From assembly GCF_000002075.1 (NCBI RefSeq), contig NW_004798067.1, positions 173,110 to 234,851 of the forward strand: a stretch of 61,742 nucleotides of DNA, written 5' to 3'. The notes beneath the pieces were generated by a model. It had not been told where the DNA came from. It saw nothing but the letters and a program-made list of their open reading frames with translations, and did not search any database. The stretch is from Aplysia californica (lineage: Eukaryota). The position numbers and the translations under genes are program-made. Positions 47,871 to 61,223 of this stretch are shown piece by piece. Position 1 is the stretch's first letter; each line of letters starts with the position of its first letter.

Positions 47871-49659
47871 ACAAAACATGTAGATACATATGTTTAAAAG
47901 ATTATTTTTCATTCAAGTTTGCCTTTTTCTCCTTTTTCTTATAAATTTATGTTTGCTCTTTTCCCTTTTTCTTATAAATTTAAGTTTGCTTATTTTCACC
48001 TTTTTCTTAATATAGATTTAAGTTTGCAGTAGGAGGCAACATAGTTAGAATTCATGTCTTACTCCAACAACATTGGTCAAGGTCTGCTTAGTCTTTTGTA
48101 TTGTATAAAATACAACAATTGTCATATCTAGCTTTGAGACACCTCACGCCAGTGGTTCGCCCGTGATAATGTTTATAAGCAAGTCCCAGTCCTTACCACA
48201 ACATGTACATATCTTTCTTTTTAACTTAATGCCTCACAGTGTCATTAGAATACTTTTTAATCTCATATTTTTCTTTCTTTTTTAAAAACTTATAGCGTTG
48301 CAAGTTTTCACAAAGCAGTGGAAAAATATATTTAATTTTGTATAAAAGTTCACAGTGAGTCCTAACTGTGGTATAACTCTTCAAAGTCAGGGGGCCCTTG
48401 GCTGATGTACCACAAGGTATAAGATTATTTTCAAAAGGCTTGACTGGTTTATATGACACATTCTTAATTTGTACAAGTAGAACTTACAAAATAAGCCTAC
48501 TGATTGACACTCGACAAACATTAAGAAGATCCAAAGTGTCTTTTCTTCATCATCTTACAAAATGAGTCAAACAGGCAACTAAGAAAGTAGACTCTTCCGA
48601 ACAGCTTGATATTTGTCACCAAGATGCCAAACGATATCTGTCAGGTGAACGAGCTCTTTACTCCTGGACATTTTCAACTAGAAGAGTTCCACTGGCGGAT
48701 AATAAGAATAGATGGACAATGACATCGCATCACTCAAAGTTTCACAGAATGAAAGATCAGTTCTTTATAAACAAACTTTAAAATTCTTCAAAATCAGGAA
48801 AATTTTACATTTACACGACATGCACTACGATTTACAAATACACACTGATTGAATGCCTGACTGGTATATGTAGTGCATATATATACTCAGAACATTTTTT
48901 GTTGTTGCTAGTTACCATGATTTTACATTGCAAATGATCTACACCTGTACTTTCAGTCAAAGAGTTGACATTCCATGCTGTGCCAATCATATAGAAATAA
49001 ATTTTATTTACATTTACCGTAGTTTGTTACGTATTTTAATATAGAATAAAATCATTCTTTTTACAACAATTTGTTTTGTTTACTCTTTTCTTTGATCATT
49101 TTTGTGTGCGTACCTGAATTTTACTTTCCTCTGAAGTAGGTCTTGTCTAAAATAAGTGAATACTGTTCTCATTTTGTCTGAGGTGTATCACCCAGGAACA
49201 ACATCGGGGGAACTGCTGCTTTTTCTTTCCTCATCCTTACTATTGTCATTTTTTCTTTACTTCTTTTGTATATTTGTCACTCTCTTGTGAACTTCTATTT
49301 CCGGGGTGCCATGATAGTCGAAGCAGACTTTGTGCTGTTGAGGCTAGAGATATGACCTTTCGCTGTTGCAAGCGCCATAAAACCCTACTAAAACTAAAAA
49401 AAGAAAACACCAGTTAAGTATTTCAGCATGACTGATTTATTTATTCAAGGCACACAAATTTGTTACACACCACAAACACTCGCATTCAGAGTGAAAAACC
49501 AAGGCAGCAGGGGACACAAGAATGCCATTGTATTGACTGATGGAAGGGTTTCTTCTCTTATGAATAACCCGTCAGTTTTCAATGTCCGCCTTCATGCTTG
49601 TCAAAAAGCTAAGCTGGAATTAATAAAACCTTAAATTATGAGAGGTATTATTAAATTAG

Positions 49660-49885
49660 TGTTTGGGACACCTAAAGAGACGTAACAGTCTAGAATATCT
49701 AGCTCTCACTGGCAAAATTGAAGGCAAACGAGGCAGGGGTAGGCCCAAAGCAACCTTCTTACGGAACCTAAACAAATGGGTAACAGGGAAAGATCAGGGA
49801 AACATAGCTTTTTTAAGAGCATCCGAGCAAAGGAATGAATGGAGAACCATGATCACCGATGTATGCCACAGATCTGGTAGTGGTA
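49660..49885 (+). mobile_element. RTE-clade LINE 3' fragment
   Basis: GHLKRRNSLEYLALTGKIEGKRGRGRPK...RNEWRTMI is the typical RTE ORF C-terminus. Confidence 0.8.
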
Positions 49886-50429
49886 GATACATTTAAGGTC
49901 ATGCAGAATAGACACAAAAGGAAATATGACAATGGCAGAAAAGAAAAGAAAAAACAAAAGCCAGTCAGATCCTTCGGAAGAACTCGCTTTCTCTTAAGAA
50001 TAATTTAGAGAATTTACAGATTTTCTTGACTTAGTTACACAACACCTGTGTGCAAAATAGTCCAGTTAAACTAATGTTTTACTGTTAATATGCACAGGTG
50101 TATATAAGGTGCTTGTAAATAAACGTTAATTCATCTGTACTTAGTTCACAACTCAACGTTCTGTCAAGTCTCTACAGTACAAAGACAAACAGCTCATATC
50201 ATAAAGCTGTCTTTTGATTCTACGCCATAAAATGAACAAAACATAGGTGTTGGTGCCAACGAAAGCATACATCTTTATTTGAGTGACAATGTAATATTGT
50301 ATGTTATAAATCTATACATACCACATTGCAAATCAAATTTTTGCAAGGGCAACCAAAGCGAAATAGAACATTTTTGTCATCTTCAAAAACCTTGCCCTGA
50401 AATCCTATTTTCTGACAAAAATACAAACA

Positions 50430-53400
50430 TTAATCTTTTTGAGGAGCTGGCTCTGAGGCAGATTCTGTCTCGGTTGTCCAAACATTTTCCTCCAGAGCCT
50501 CAACCGCCGGCGCCCGTACGGCATGGAGGGCGTAGTTGATGCTCGTGTCCTTGGACCAGGACCACCTCTTGCTGAAGGGGTTGTACCACATGCCGTGGAC
50601 CAGTCTTGTGGAGAAGTTGTCTGAAATAGTTCAACGATACAACGTAAATGAGGGGAAAAATTACTACAACCGCAAAATAAATGCGATTTAGTGTTGGAGA
50701 AAATCAAAATAATATCAGATAGATAACAATAACAATAATAATAATAATAATAATAATAATAGGCTAATAATAAGAAATTGCATATATAATAGCACTCTAC
50801 CCCATACTAGTATAAGCTCTGAGCGTTTTACACCAATCACATGATCATTGAGCAATTCACACAAGAGAAAATATTTCACAGAAACAAGAAAAACCAGTTC
50901 AACCTCATAAAGAAAAACTTTCACAACCATGCATTAATTATACGAAAGATGACAAAAAAAGAAAGAAAAAAGTCATAACAGCGATGTCCCCCAAACTCAC
51001 ACCATGTTGCTGACAATAGTTGCAGCTCAAGTGAGTACAATGTCTGCCACATTTCTCCAGGAATGGGGTAGGACAATGGTAACTCTAAAACAGAAAGTGA
51101 CGGAGCAGACCACACTAGAAAACCAAGAGAGAGAGAGANNNNNNNNNNNNNNNNNNNNNNNNNNNNNNNNNNNNNNNNNNNNNNNNNNNNNNNNNNNNNN
51201 NNNNNNNNNNNNNNNNNNNNNNNNNNNNNNNNNNNNNNNNNNNNNNNNNNNNNNNNNNNNNNNNNNNNNNNNNNNNNNNNNNNNNNNNNNNNNNNNNNNN
51301 NNNNNNNNNNNNNNNCACTTCTCTTGTAACTATTCAAAACAAGTATTTAAAGAAGAATAAGTTAACCCATTCCTTTCAAATAAGAGATTTTTTTTAAATG
51401 ACCAGAGTTCCGACTTACCTTATTTCAAATTAAGGAGAAACCATTTTCAAAGAGGAACAAACATTTTTTGTCAAACCTCAAACCTTTGAATTCCAGTAAT
51501 CTGTCCAAGCAACAATGCTGTAACTACTGGTACGGCAAAACTTCAAGGAAAAAATAGACTACACAGACAAATGCACAAGTTGACACAAATGAGCTAAAGC
51601 ATGCAAGTAACAAACAAAACATTATTCACATAAAACCATCTTTAAATTCCTCCAACTGACATTCACTGATTCCTATGTAAAAGTGAAAACAAAAAAAGAC
51701 ACTGAGAAAAAAAACCCAACAAAAAAGCAGCAAAAAAATGAATGGCTGGGCGCAAGACTCCGACAAATGCCAAATGTTTGTACCCAGCCATCGAAATGTA
51801 CCCTGGTAGAATAATATTATCCATATGCCGTTCAAATGTACTCAGCTAAGAAAGTAAAATTTATCAAAAGAGAGAAAAATTGCTTAAATTTTTTAACAAT
51901 TGTGCCTATATTATGTATTTTTAGTTGCTTTTTTTTTTTTCTCAACATTTTGAAGTCCAATTTCGACAAAATATTTCTTGCTCACATGCAACTGATAAAA
52001 TAGATTAACCTCATCCGTACGTCATGTTTTACTATCGTATCCATACGACGTGGGGAACTCTGTGCCACCACTTTCCAAAGGGGAAATGTACTCGTTATTC
52101 CTATTCATACACTTTGCATAGCAGTCTGTCAAAATGATTTTTTGAGAAATACTGAAAGTTTCAAAGAGATATCGCACTAGAAGTATTCTCAAATGTGAAA
52201 AATACAACCCCGGAGGTACAAATTGACCCCAGGGCGTACAGATAGGGTTAAGAAACTGCAGGTTTTTTTTAAATTTCCAAATGTTGGGCTCAGTACATCT
52301 GAACAGCTGGCCGGTCATGTAAATAAAATCCGGACGATTTTCAAAAATCCGTAATAGAGGATTTATCCAGAATATTGGCACCTCTGACTAGAAAATTGAT
52401 GGCTGGGAGCAAGACTACAACAAATGTCAGACTGTGTAAGGGCGTTTGTCAGAGTCTTTTGTTTGATTCTTTTTTCGTAAGGGTTTTGTTTTTTTTGTAA
52501 GAGTTTTTTTTTTCTTTTTACAGCACTCGCAACTGCAAAAGGTCAAATGAGCCCCGGGGACACATTAACCATTTTCAGTTTGGTAGGAATTAAATTTGAA
52601 TTTTGCACGAGTGGTGACTGAAGCCTACTCTTATCTTTGGTGTGCACAACTTGCTCACCAGACCTCTGAGATTTTTTGCCCTTTTTCGAGAAGGCTACCT
52701 TCCCTAAGATCAGGGGTGTGGTTGAAAGACAGCAGTAAGAAGGAGCCAAGGAATAGCAGTAGAAAGAGTCAGGAGCCCAGAGGAGGGGGAAAAGGAGGTG
52801 ATGGGGTGGGGGCAGAAATTGGAGACGAAAGCAGACGACAGAACATGGTTAGAGAGCAGGAAAGGAGGTGAAAGGAGAAAATTTTAGAGAATAAAATTTT
52901 CCCTCGCTGTCAGGTTTCGAACCCGGGACTAATCGAATGAGAGGCAAACAACTTAACTCCTGGACTATGAGAGTCTCTGTCAGAGTCTTGCATCCAGTCA
53001 TGGATATGCATACAGCTAAACTAACGACAACTGGACCTACTTTTTTCCAGCATGTACTGAAGGTCGAGCGGTGCGATAAACTTGTCCCAGTCGTGTGTGC
53101 CGGGAGAGACCAGCTTCAGCATCTGCTCCGCCACCACGATACCCAGCGCGTAGGACACGGCTGTCTTGTTCAGCGTTGTGAAGAAAACAGAACCTCCAGG
53201 CTGAGGGAATAAATATGGCATATATACTATAATGCAATTCAACATCCACCTGTTTATTATATAACATCATACATTGCAAGACACAATGCATATAATTTTA
53301 CATAGAGGGGAATCCTTGAAAACACAAGGAGCAGACCAAAAAAATCCCTTTCTAAAAAACAACAGTACATGCTGCCTTTGAGTTTAGTATTCACAAATTT

Positions 53401-56400
53401 TTTTTTCAAAGATGAAATAAAACTTGATTTTGTACAAAAGCAAAGGTGTCTGCAGAGGACAACCAGTAGTTTCTAGGGCAGAAGATATTCGGAGACGTCA
53501 CCGCCAAGCACCCAGGAACTATTTGGAGACGCACTCCCGCACACTGATGCACTATTTTGGAGGGGTCAAACAGTGTATTATCTGCTGCAGATCACACACA
53601 TATAGCCACTAAAACTGTTGTAAATAAATTATTTTCAAGAAAATTTCAAACTTAACTGCAAAATATCAAATTATGGGTTAAAACAAGCATGCCCCTCCAC
53701 AACCCCACCAGACTCTTTTACTTGGTCTAGAAGCATAAAGCATTTTGATTGGTCTATCTCTGTCGGAGAGGTCTCCGGATAGATACTGCCAGTTTCTAGC
53801 CAACAAATAAGAGGACTCTTTAATTTGATTCTGTCAGGAAGTCAATTTGCGTGTGTCATGACGCTGTGGAATCAACCGCTCATCAATTTGTGTGGAAATG
53901 GAATGGAGTTATTGGTATCATCTTGTTCATTTGTCTTGCTTCTGATGGAAGCAATTCTCATCTATCTTGAATAGAAGTCGAGATTTGCAATTGAAAGAGG
54001 TAAAATTGGCAACAAAATAGCCGTCAAAGTTTGGAGATTTCTACAACTCAAGAGTGCTTGGAAATAGAAAATTTACAATTTCTGTGTCTTTAATACGTTT
54101 CTCAGTAAAATCCTCATAGAAATGTTTTTACATGGACAGATGAAGTTTCGAACCAAAAAACAAAAATGTTATTAAAATTGCCAAATCGGCGGAAAAAACA
54201 GGTTTCTTCAATTTAATTATATTGACGAGCGCCTGATCTCATAACGATGCCTCACATCATTCATACGGCGGCAAAGGAATCTGCAATGCATGATCTTACA
54301 TGGGAATATACGTTTTCAAAGGTAAATAAATGCATTAAAATTTCATTAGGACATATAAGAGATTAAAGTAGCATTTCCCTCAAGAAAATGATCAACCTTT
54401 ATATATCATTCAGATGATTAGCTCTAATCATTAATAAATTCACAACTGATAATACTCACCCTAACAAGCTTACAAGCGGAAGACACAAACATGTTTGCGT
54501 CTGCTACATGCTCTAGGACTTCTGAAGCAACAACAGCATCAAATTTTCCAGCCTGCGTTTCTGCGATATCCTCTACTGTTGTATGTATGTACTTGATGTT
54601 GTCTCGAATCGCTGGGTCGTGTAAGAGATGGGCTTGTGCAATCTTGATGTTCTCCTCTGAGGCTTCCACTCCAATCACAGACGCCCCTAACCGCGCCAAA
54701 GGCTGGAAACAAAACCAAACAAATGGGAATTTTACTTTTCTGAAAGACAAAATTCAAAGAGCTTTGGGTGGAGACCTCTGTAGAAGTGAAAGGAAAGAGA
54801 AAATATTTTAAGACAGAGAAAATCCCAAGGACATATAAATAGGCCTGGCCATTCAAGCATCTTTCATGAGCAGGCCAATATCGATAAAAAGATAATTCTA
54901 ATTATAGGGACTTATGCAATTGAGAGCGCTGTAAAACTCTAACTAAACCAAACTTATCATACGGACTATCTTGTGGGGCTGAGAGTGAGTGAGACAACTT
55001 TGAGTAATCTTTTCTGTTGATGTTTTTCTGAAACTCTTCTCGTCTGTGCATGTCTCTACTTTTCCTATTATTGTAATGCACATTGAGCATCTTGTTCAGA
55101 TAAAAATAGTATAAATGCAATTTATAATTATTATATATTGGTGCCTGTTTAGTTGAAGGTCTAATATTTCTGGTTTAAATGATGGTCTACAACCAGATAG
55201 GTCTGATAACTGGTTTAGTTGAAGGTCCAATGGGCCACGGACTTGTGACAAGAATCAGTTTACAAATTCCCGCTAAACAGATACAGGCCTGACACTTTCA
55301 TTTGTCAATATTAAAAATGTTTTGGTGGTAGCAGTTTGACGTTGAAGGGGGCCAATACCCCCCCCCGATTTCTTGAAAATAGTCTCGTCTGGTCACATAC
55401 TGTCACAACTTACTGGACAATCACAATCTTTACCACCCCAAAATTCTTTGATCTAAACAACACCACAAAATGAAGCAATCCACCCATCCACCAACCCACA
55501 CGCTACAACTGTAACGTTACCACCTCTGGTCTAAATGCCCCTCGTGCTGCTGTTACCGTGGCCAATAAGGCGGTACTTATGCTACGCTAGAGCACGGTAG
55601 TAGAACATTACCGATTGAGCTGGGTGGGACCTATCTATGGTAGACCACTGTAGATGGGTAGACCTTCAACTAAACCAGCACCAAGATATACCTTGTAGCT
55701 AACTCTAACCCAGTGTTCCAAAAAGGTGGGGTCCATTAAATTAGCATCATCCGCTCGGTACAGTTCAGTTATGTCGGTTTGGAGCTAGCCAGGTTGTTCA
55801 CCACGGGAGAGACAAAACCAACAAAACCAACGATGACTTTCAATAACAAACGCGTTTGTTCTCAAGGCCGTGTTTTAGGAGATTGGTTCGGGCAGTTGGT
55901 CTATTTATAGGGTGCACTGAAGCCATCAGAAGCCAAACCCAACCGAACCAAATTCTCCACGGGGCACAGCCAATAAAATCATGTACTTAAAAATATCAAG
56001 GACAGATGAGCCTAAAAAATACAATCCTTCAAGTCTATATTTTATCAGTACTGAACATCATTATATTCAATTCATACATTATTATACATAAATAAATATC
56101 CTTCCAAAGACACTTTCAATGATAACCTCACCTCAGACAAAATTCCTCCACCGCTCCCAACATCTAGTACCCAGAATCCCTCGAGGGGTTTGTCTGCCCT
56201 GTACTGATCGATTGTCTTCTGAGACATCATGGCGTCTCGTATCAGAGGTATTCTTAATTCATTCAGAGAATGCAAGGCTTCAAATTCTCCTCCTTCATCC
56301 CACCACAATGAAGAAAGCGCAGAAAAATGACTGATCTCCTGCTCATCAATTGTAGATTGCGCTTTTGGTCGCTGGAATTTCTTAGCCTTTTCTTCTGAGC

Positions 56401-58231
56401 TCCTGGGAAAAAAAAAATATATATTATATTGATGGACTGTAGATATCTAGGTTGAAGTAGTTTAATAAAGTTGGAGGGTGGGTTGATAAAATGGAAGGAC
56501 CCTTCAAACCCATCTTTTTGAAATGACGATATTCCGAGCTAAAGAGAATAAAAAATATCTCTATCCTAACTGAAATAAAAAGACGAGGTCAATATTATAA
56601 TTAACTTAGGAAAAAGAGATGGTGTACCATGCACTAGTTTCACATAGAGCATCATTGGTAATCTGGTAGAAATACACTGCCAGGCCACTGTTCACGCTAG
56701 ACTTTGCTTTGCTGCATGGCACCACCGTCTGCATGTTAATGAAACTGTTTTCGGCTCCAAGGACCAAAGTCATGCCACGCAGCCTCGGGTATGGTACTTG
56801 AATTAGTTATAATATAATAATAACTTTAACTTTTATCCGCCGCTTTAAATACCCTTTTGTGTGTCGCGGAAAGAAAGAGACGTTTTTCTGCCACCAGCTG
56901 GAGAGCTTGGGTCAGGGTGATGTAATGAGTGGTTAGTGTGTTTCCCTGACTCCATCTATATCCACTTGGTCGCCCTTTAGCCTTGGTGCCAGTGAATTTT
57001 TTTAATGTAGGAACGTTGTGCTGGATGGTGTGTTGGTAAGGTAATCGCATGAAATGTCCGAACCATTTGATTCTTTGGTGTTGGATGTGATGCATGACAT
57101 CATTTGTGCCCACCATTTCTCTGACTACCGAGTTTCTAATTTTGTCTCGCCTGGTCTTGGTTACTTCTTTGCTCCAATGTCCAATGTCTTCTTGTCCGTG
57201 ATCCATGTTTGGCATGGATAGGTGAGTGTTGGAATTAATATATATGGAGTTGATCATTTTTAGTTTTCTTGTCATCGGGATGTTAGGATGTTGAGTAGTG
57301 GAACAAGCTGGTAACTAGATCTAGTTTTTGTAACATTATTGGCCTTTTGTACTCATGTTTCAATTTTTCTGTTCAGTCGCCTATCCTTGGTGAACATATA
57401 TACTTCCGAGGTACTTAAATTCTTGGACCTGATCTGAGACTGTTGTTGTTGATGGGCATCCTGAGTGGTCTTGGATTTCTGAACTAAACTTTCATTGTCT
57501 CTGTTTTGTTGATGTCGATCTTCATGTCGTAGTTTTGTTACATCGTTTAATAAAAATCTGGTGGTGTAGTGTTGGAGACTTTGTTAATAATTAACTCTAC
57601 ATAATTCTTAAAAATAATTTCATTGTTCTAGATCTAGATCTAGTGAGGGAGACAACAGTCTGTGTAGTGTGATGTCCTCCGTGGCATGTCCATTTCCAGG
57701 CTGCTCCCCTTGACGGGCCCTGTCTTCACTATCTGTCAAACCGTGAATCCTCTAATCTCTCTGAGAATGTAGGCCTATTTACATGATTTTACAAGGGTAG
57801 GCTTGCAGAATGTAGATAGTAGCTCTTGGGAGCTACAAACAGATGTCAGAATGGTCTTGGGCCCGTCTTGGCAAGAACAGTTTGTTTACACACATTAGAT
57901 TCCATTATATATATTATAAAATGTGTTTACAAAATCGTTACATCAAATTACAAGCTTACATGTGCTCCGTACTCTGACTCCGACTTCTCGAAAATGTCAA
58001 ATCAGGAGAACGTCTTTTTCTCTGTCGATAAGGAAAGGCTGTGTGTATTGATGCAACAGTGGAGGATTGGCAGAAATGGATTCTAACATTGTCTGTGTTT
58101 TGGAGCGTCATAGGCCGCTTCCCAATCCTCCTTTCGATTTCAGAAAGTCCCTTTGAGCCACTGGAGGATAAATTTCTGGTGAAGGCATTGCAGATGTTGC
58201 CAAACGTGAAAAACATCTGTCGAACGTTCAT
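50430..58231 (-). CDS. COQ3: Ubiquinone biosynthesis O-methyltransferase, mitochondrial, ~378 aa
   Basis: Exons 58231-57960, 56402-56132, 54702-54460, 53200-53041 and 50620-50430 (1137 nt, in frame, GT-AG). Motifs STIDEQEISHFSALSSLWWDEGGEFEALHSLNELR, VLDVGSGGGILSEPLARLGA, FDAVVASEVLEHV, GTHDWDKFI and GMWYNP...INY. Basic, Ser-rich N-terminus fits a mitochondrial presequence. The start could instead be the ATG at 58216. Confidence 0.95.
53853..54256 (+). mobile_element. MITE family A copy
   Basis: GCTGTGGAATCAACCGCTCATCA ... TGACGAGCGCCTGATCTCATAACGATGCCTCACA. Confidence 0.7.
55133..55690. mobile_element. MITE with ~26-30 bp TIR
   Basis: TTGGTGCCTGTTTAGTTGAAGGTCTA vs rc of right end TTGGTGCTGGTTTAGTTGAAGGTCTA; an internal direct copy of the TIR core lies at ~55211-55230. 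Confidence 0.75.
56830..57760 (-). mobile_element. Decayed RTE-clade LINE fragment (RT C-terminal region)
   Basis: QVQEFKYLGSI (~57400-57430) and KTRRDKIRNSVVREMVG...QRIKWFGHFMRL...KGRP on the minus strand, with many frameshifts. Confidence 0.75.
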
Positions 58232-58597
58232 TTTGACAAAGATAAAAACCAGCGGAATGAAAAGTATCCGTGAATTGATAAAAATGTAAAAGAGGCCGTG
58301 CCCTAAGCATACACGACCTGAGGTCATTCATTCAGAGGCAATGAAGATTGAAGAGTTGGTAGACCCATTATTGACAACACTACTATAGCGAAACGCTAAA
58401 ATGACGAGCTGCCAATTTTTTTTTTTCGCTTCCTTACTTCCTTCCTCTCGGCTCGCTGTCTTGGCTGCTGCTACAACAACCCAGCCCACTAGATAGATCT
58501 TGAGAGCTCTGGCAAGACTTATTCAGAAGACCTTCCACCCAGTGTCATTTTCTGTCATCTTTTCCAGAGTCCAAGGCCCAAGGTCGATTCTTGCACA
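58232..58597. promoter_or_regulatory. Putative bidirectional promoter COQ3/MPC1
   Basis: Divergent ATGs only 366 bp apart; tandem CTTCC (GGAAG, ETS-like) motifs at ~58429-58445. Confidence 0.55.
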
Positions 58598-58653
58598 ATG
58601 GCAGCTGTCTTAAAGTACATGAGAACGAAGGAATTTCGAGATTGGATATGCAG
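58598..58653 (+). CDS. MPC1: Mitochondrial pyruvate carrier 1, first coding exon (rest beyond or unresolved in window)
   Basis: MAAVLKYMRTKEFRDWIC-S(phase 2)|GTATAG resembles human MPC1 ...DYVRSKDFRDYLMS(THFWGP); good Kozak context ACAATGG. The HFWGP exon was not found in the window. Confidence 0.75.
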
Positions 58654-60036
58654 GTATAGACTAAGTTGAAATGATTGCTTTGACATTGAGGTTTTTTATA
58701 TGTTGGGTAGGCCTTGGCCTGATCGGCGCGGGCCTTATCATCACTCCACGCATGATAAACTGTGTGGCATGTAGGTCAGTCGCCAGCGGTGGATGCACAT
58801 TCATAATTTTACATTTTTATGACTCTTCGTTCTAGATCTAGTACTGTCAGAAGTTTGAATCAAGGCCTACTTTTAAAATATATTATTATATTTTTTGGCT
58901 AATGTATTCTGCTAGGCCCTGCTAAAGTCCAACTGGGCGAAGGTGGTGATAGTCCACTTTGTGTCCCACCTGCCACCTCTTGATTAATCTTAATGATAAT
59001 GCATTCACGTCTGTAGTTTAGGATGAGATTCAACTTGAAATTGAGTTACAGTACTTAAAAGCTTTCTTAGTTCTATTATGAAAGTATCATGGATACTGAA
59101 AAAAAAAAGTCTTTTTTAATTTGGTAAATTATTTAAAATCGTGTGTGTATGGCTTGACTTTCAGGGTGTCTTGAAGTTATCCTGCCATGGACTTTGCACC
59201 AAATGGGAGATAAAAATAATCATGACTTTTAGTTACTCACACTGGTAGAGTCTAGATCTAATTGCAAATTGTAGTGAAAGCCCTGCATTGTTACGGTCTA
59301 TTATAATTTTTATAGGACAACAAACGTGAATCTTTTCATGTTTAGTCTAGTTATATGCATTTTGCTGGACGTAGTAGAGACTCTGCCAACCTTCTGTCCC
59401 ACTTGAAAGAAGGTTGCATTTGGACAAAATTGCAGGCTGGTAAAAAGTACATGAGACCCAGTGTAATACTATTTACCAGTTGTGTTCATGGTTTTTAAAA
59501 ACGGAACATTTCATTTAGGTAATATAGACACAGGACCTTTAAACTGACTGTCGCATTTCGTCTGGAAGCTCCTGGTCAAATATATCAAAAGCCCTGAAAG
59601 CCAAATTTTTCAGGAAAGAGAAAAAAAAACTTTCTCTTAAATTAAAAAAAAATTGTCAAAACCGGTACCTAAAGAAAGGTAAAGTTTTAGGCTGTGTATT
59701 CTTTGATGATATAATGATTATAATAAAAGTGATCTGCTCGTGAAAATATGTTCATTGTATATTTTATGTTGGCTATTTTTCTACTTTAAAAAATGAGATT
59801 GGTGGCTGGTACATCGGTCAATCCCCTTTTGAGGCTGTTGAAATGTACTTTACTAAGCCACCAAGCATACTGTTCTTTTTGCGTTCAGTGTTGTTTGTTT
59901 GAGACATTGACTATGATGATACTATGCATGCTACTGGAGAAGATATAATGGTGTTTCATGAGTTTTACCAGCAAAACCGCATTGTGGTGAGCTAATTAGG
60001 GAGCTAAGAAATATTAATAATATTTTTGGTTAAAAA

Positions 60037-60508
60037 TGTGTTACGATGCGGTGGAATCAGGTGCCCGTCAATTTTTGGGCATTTGTAGAGTTATTGGTAG
60101 GGTATTATCTTAACCTCTGTTCATTGCCTTGCTTTTGGTAAAAACAAAACAAAAAAAAGAACACCCATCCAACTTGAATAGAAGTCAAGGTATATTTGCA
60201 ATTGAAGGAGGTTGAGGTAGCCTGGTTTCAGTTGTAAAATTTACGAGAAAATAGCGACCAAAGTTTGGTGATTTCCATTGCTTGAGAGTATTTGGAAACT
60301 GAAAATTAAAATTTTTTTGCCTTAAATCAATGTTGTTTTGAAGAAAATCCACACAGAAATAAAATGTGTTTTTTACATTTAATACATTAAAAAAAGTTTT
60401 TGAGCGGAAGAAAAATTAAATAAAATAAAATTGCCCAACAGCCAGAAAAATGTCAGTTTCTTTGATTTCATTATTTGATGAGCGTCTGATTTCACTACTA
60501 TGCCTCAC
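60037..60508 (+). mobile_element. MITE family A copy
   Basis: GATGCGGTGGAATCAGGTGCCCGTCA ... TGATGAGCGTCTGATTTCACTACTATGCCTCACA. Confidence 0.75.
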
Positions 60509-61063
60509 AAATGATTTCCCTTTTGAAGGCTCGAAACATCCGCTGCATACTCTCTTTTAAACTATGTACACACTTACTGCTGGAACTGCATATGCTTNNN
60601 NNNNNNNNNNNNNNNNNNNNNNNNNNNNNNNNNNNNNNNNNNNNNNNNNNNNNNNNNNNNNNNNNNNNNNNNNNNNNNNNNNNNNNNNNNNNNNNNNNNN
60701 NNNNNNNNNNNNNNNNNNNNNNNNNNNNNNNNNNCCCCCCCCCCCCGCTCACACTCAATGTCTCTTTCACTTTAACACACACAAGAAGAGAGAGAGAGAA
60801 AGAAAAAAGGAGAAAATGGATATTGGTAGAAGGGGGGGTGTTGTGTTGAGGGACAGGGAGGGAAAATGTTTTTCCTCTCATCACTCTTCCTTTGTCTGTT
60901 GGCATTGCTAGAGTTGAGGAGTTTCCATGTCAATTTTGACGGAGAAGATGAAAAACCCCACACTTCCCTCACCCTGAAGAAACCTGGCAGATGAGACTGA
61001 ACTTGTTTGAAAAATAATGTTACAAAATAATGTTACAATGCAGGGGTATCTTTTCCTTAAATA

Positions 61064-61223
61064 CTGTATAACATGGATAACTCGAGTTCGTCGGGACCGG
61101 CCTCGGTAGTTCAAGGGATATCTTACAAAGATAAAGAAGAAAGGGAAAAAATGGGACCGCAGACACAGTTCGACAGATGCGTGATTTGGAGTCTTCTGTT
61201 TTAAACCTATCCGTGTTATACTC
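61064..61223 (+). mobile_element. MITE family B copy
   Basis: CTGTATAACATGGATAA ... GGGATATCTTACAAAGATAAAGAAG ... CTATCCGTGTTATACT. Confidence 0.75.
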
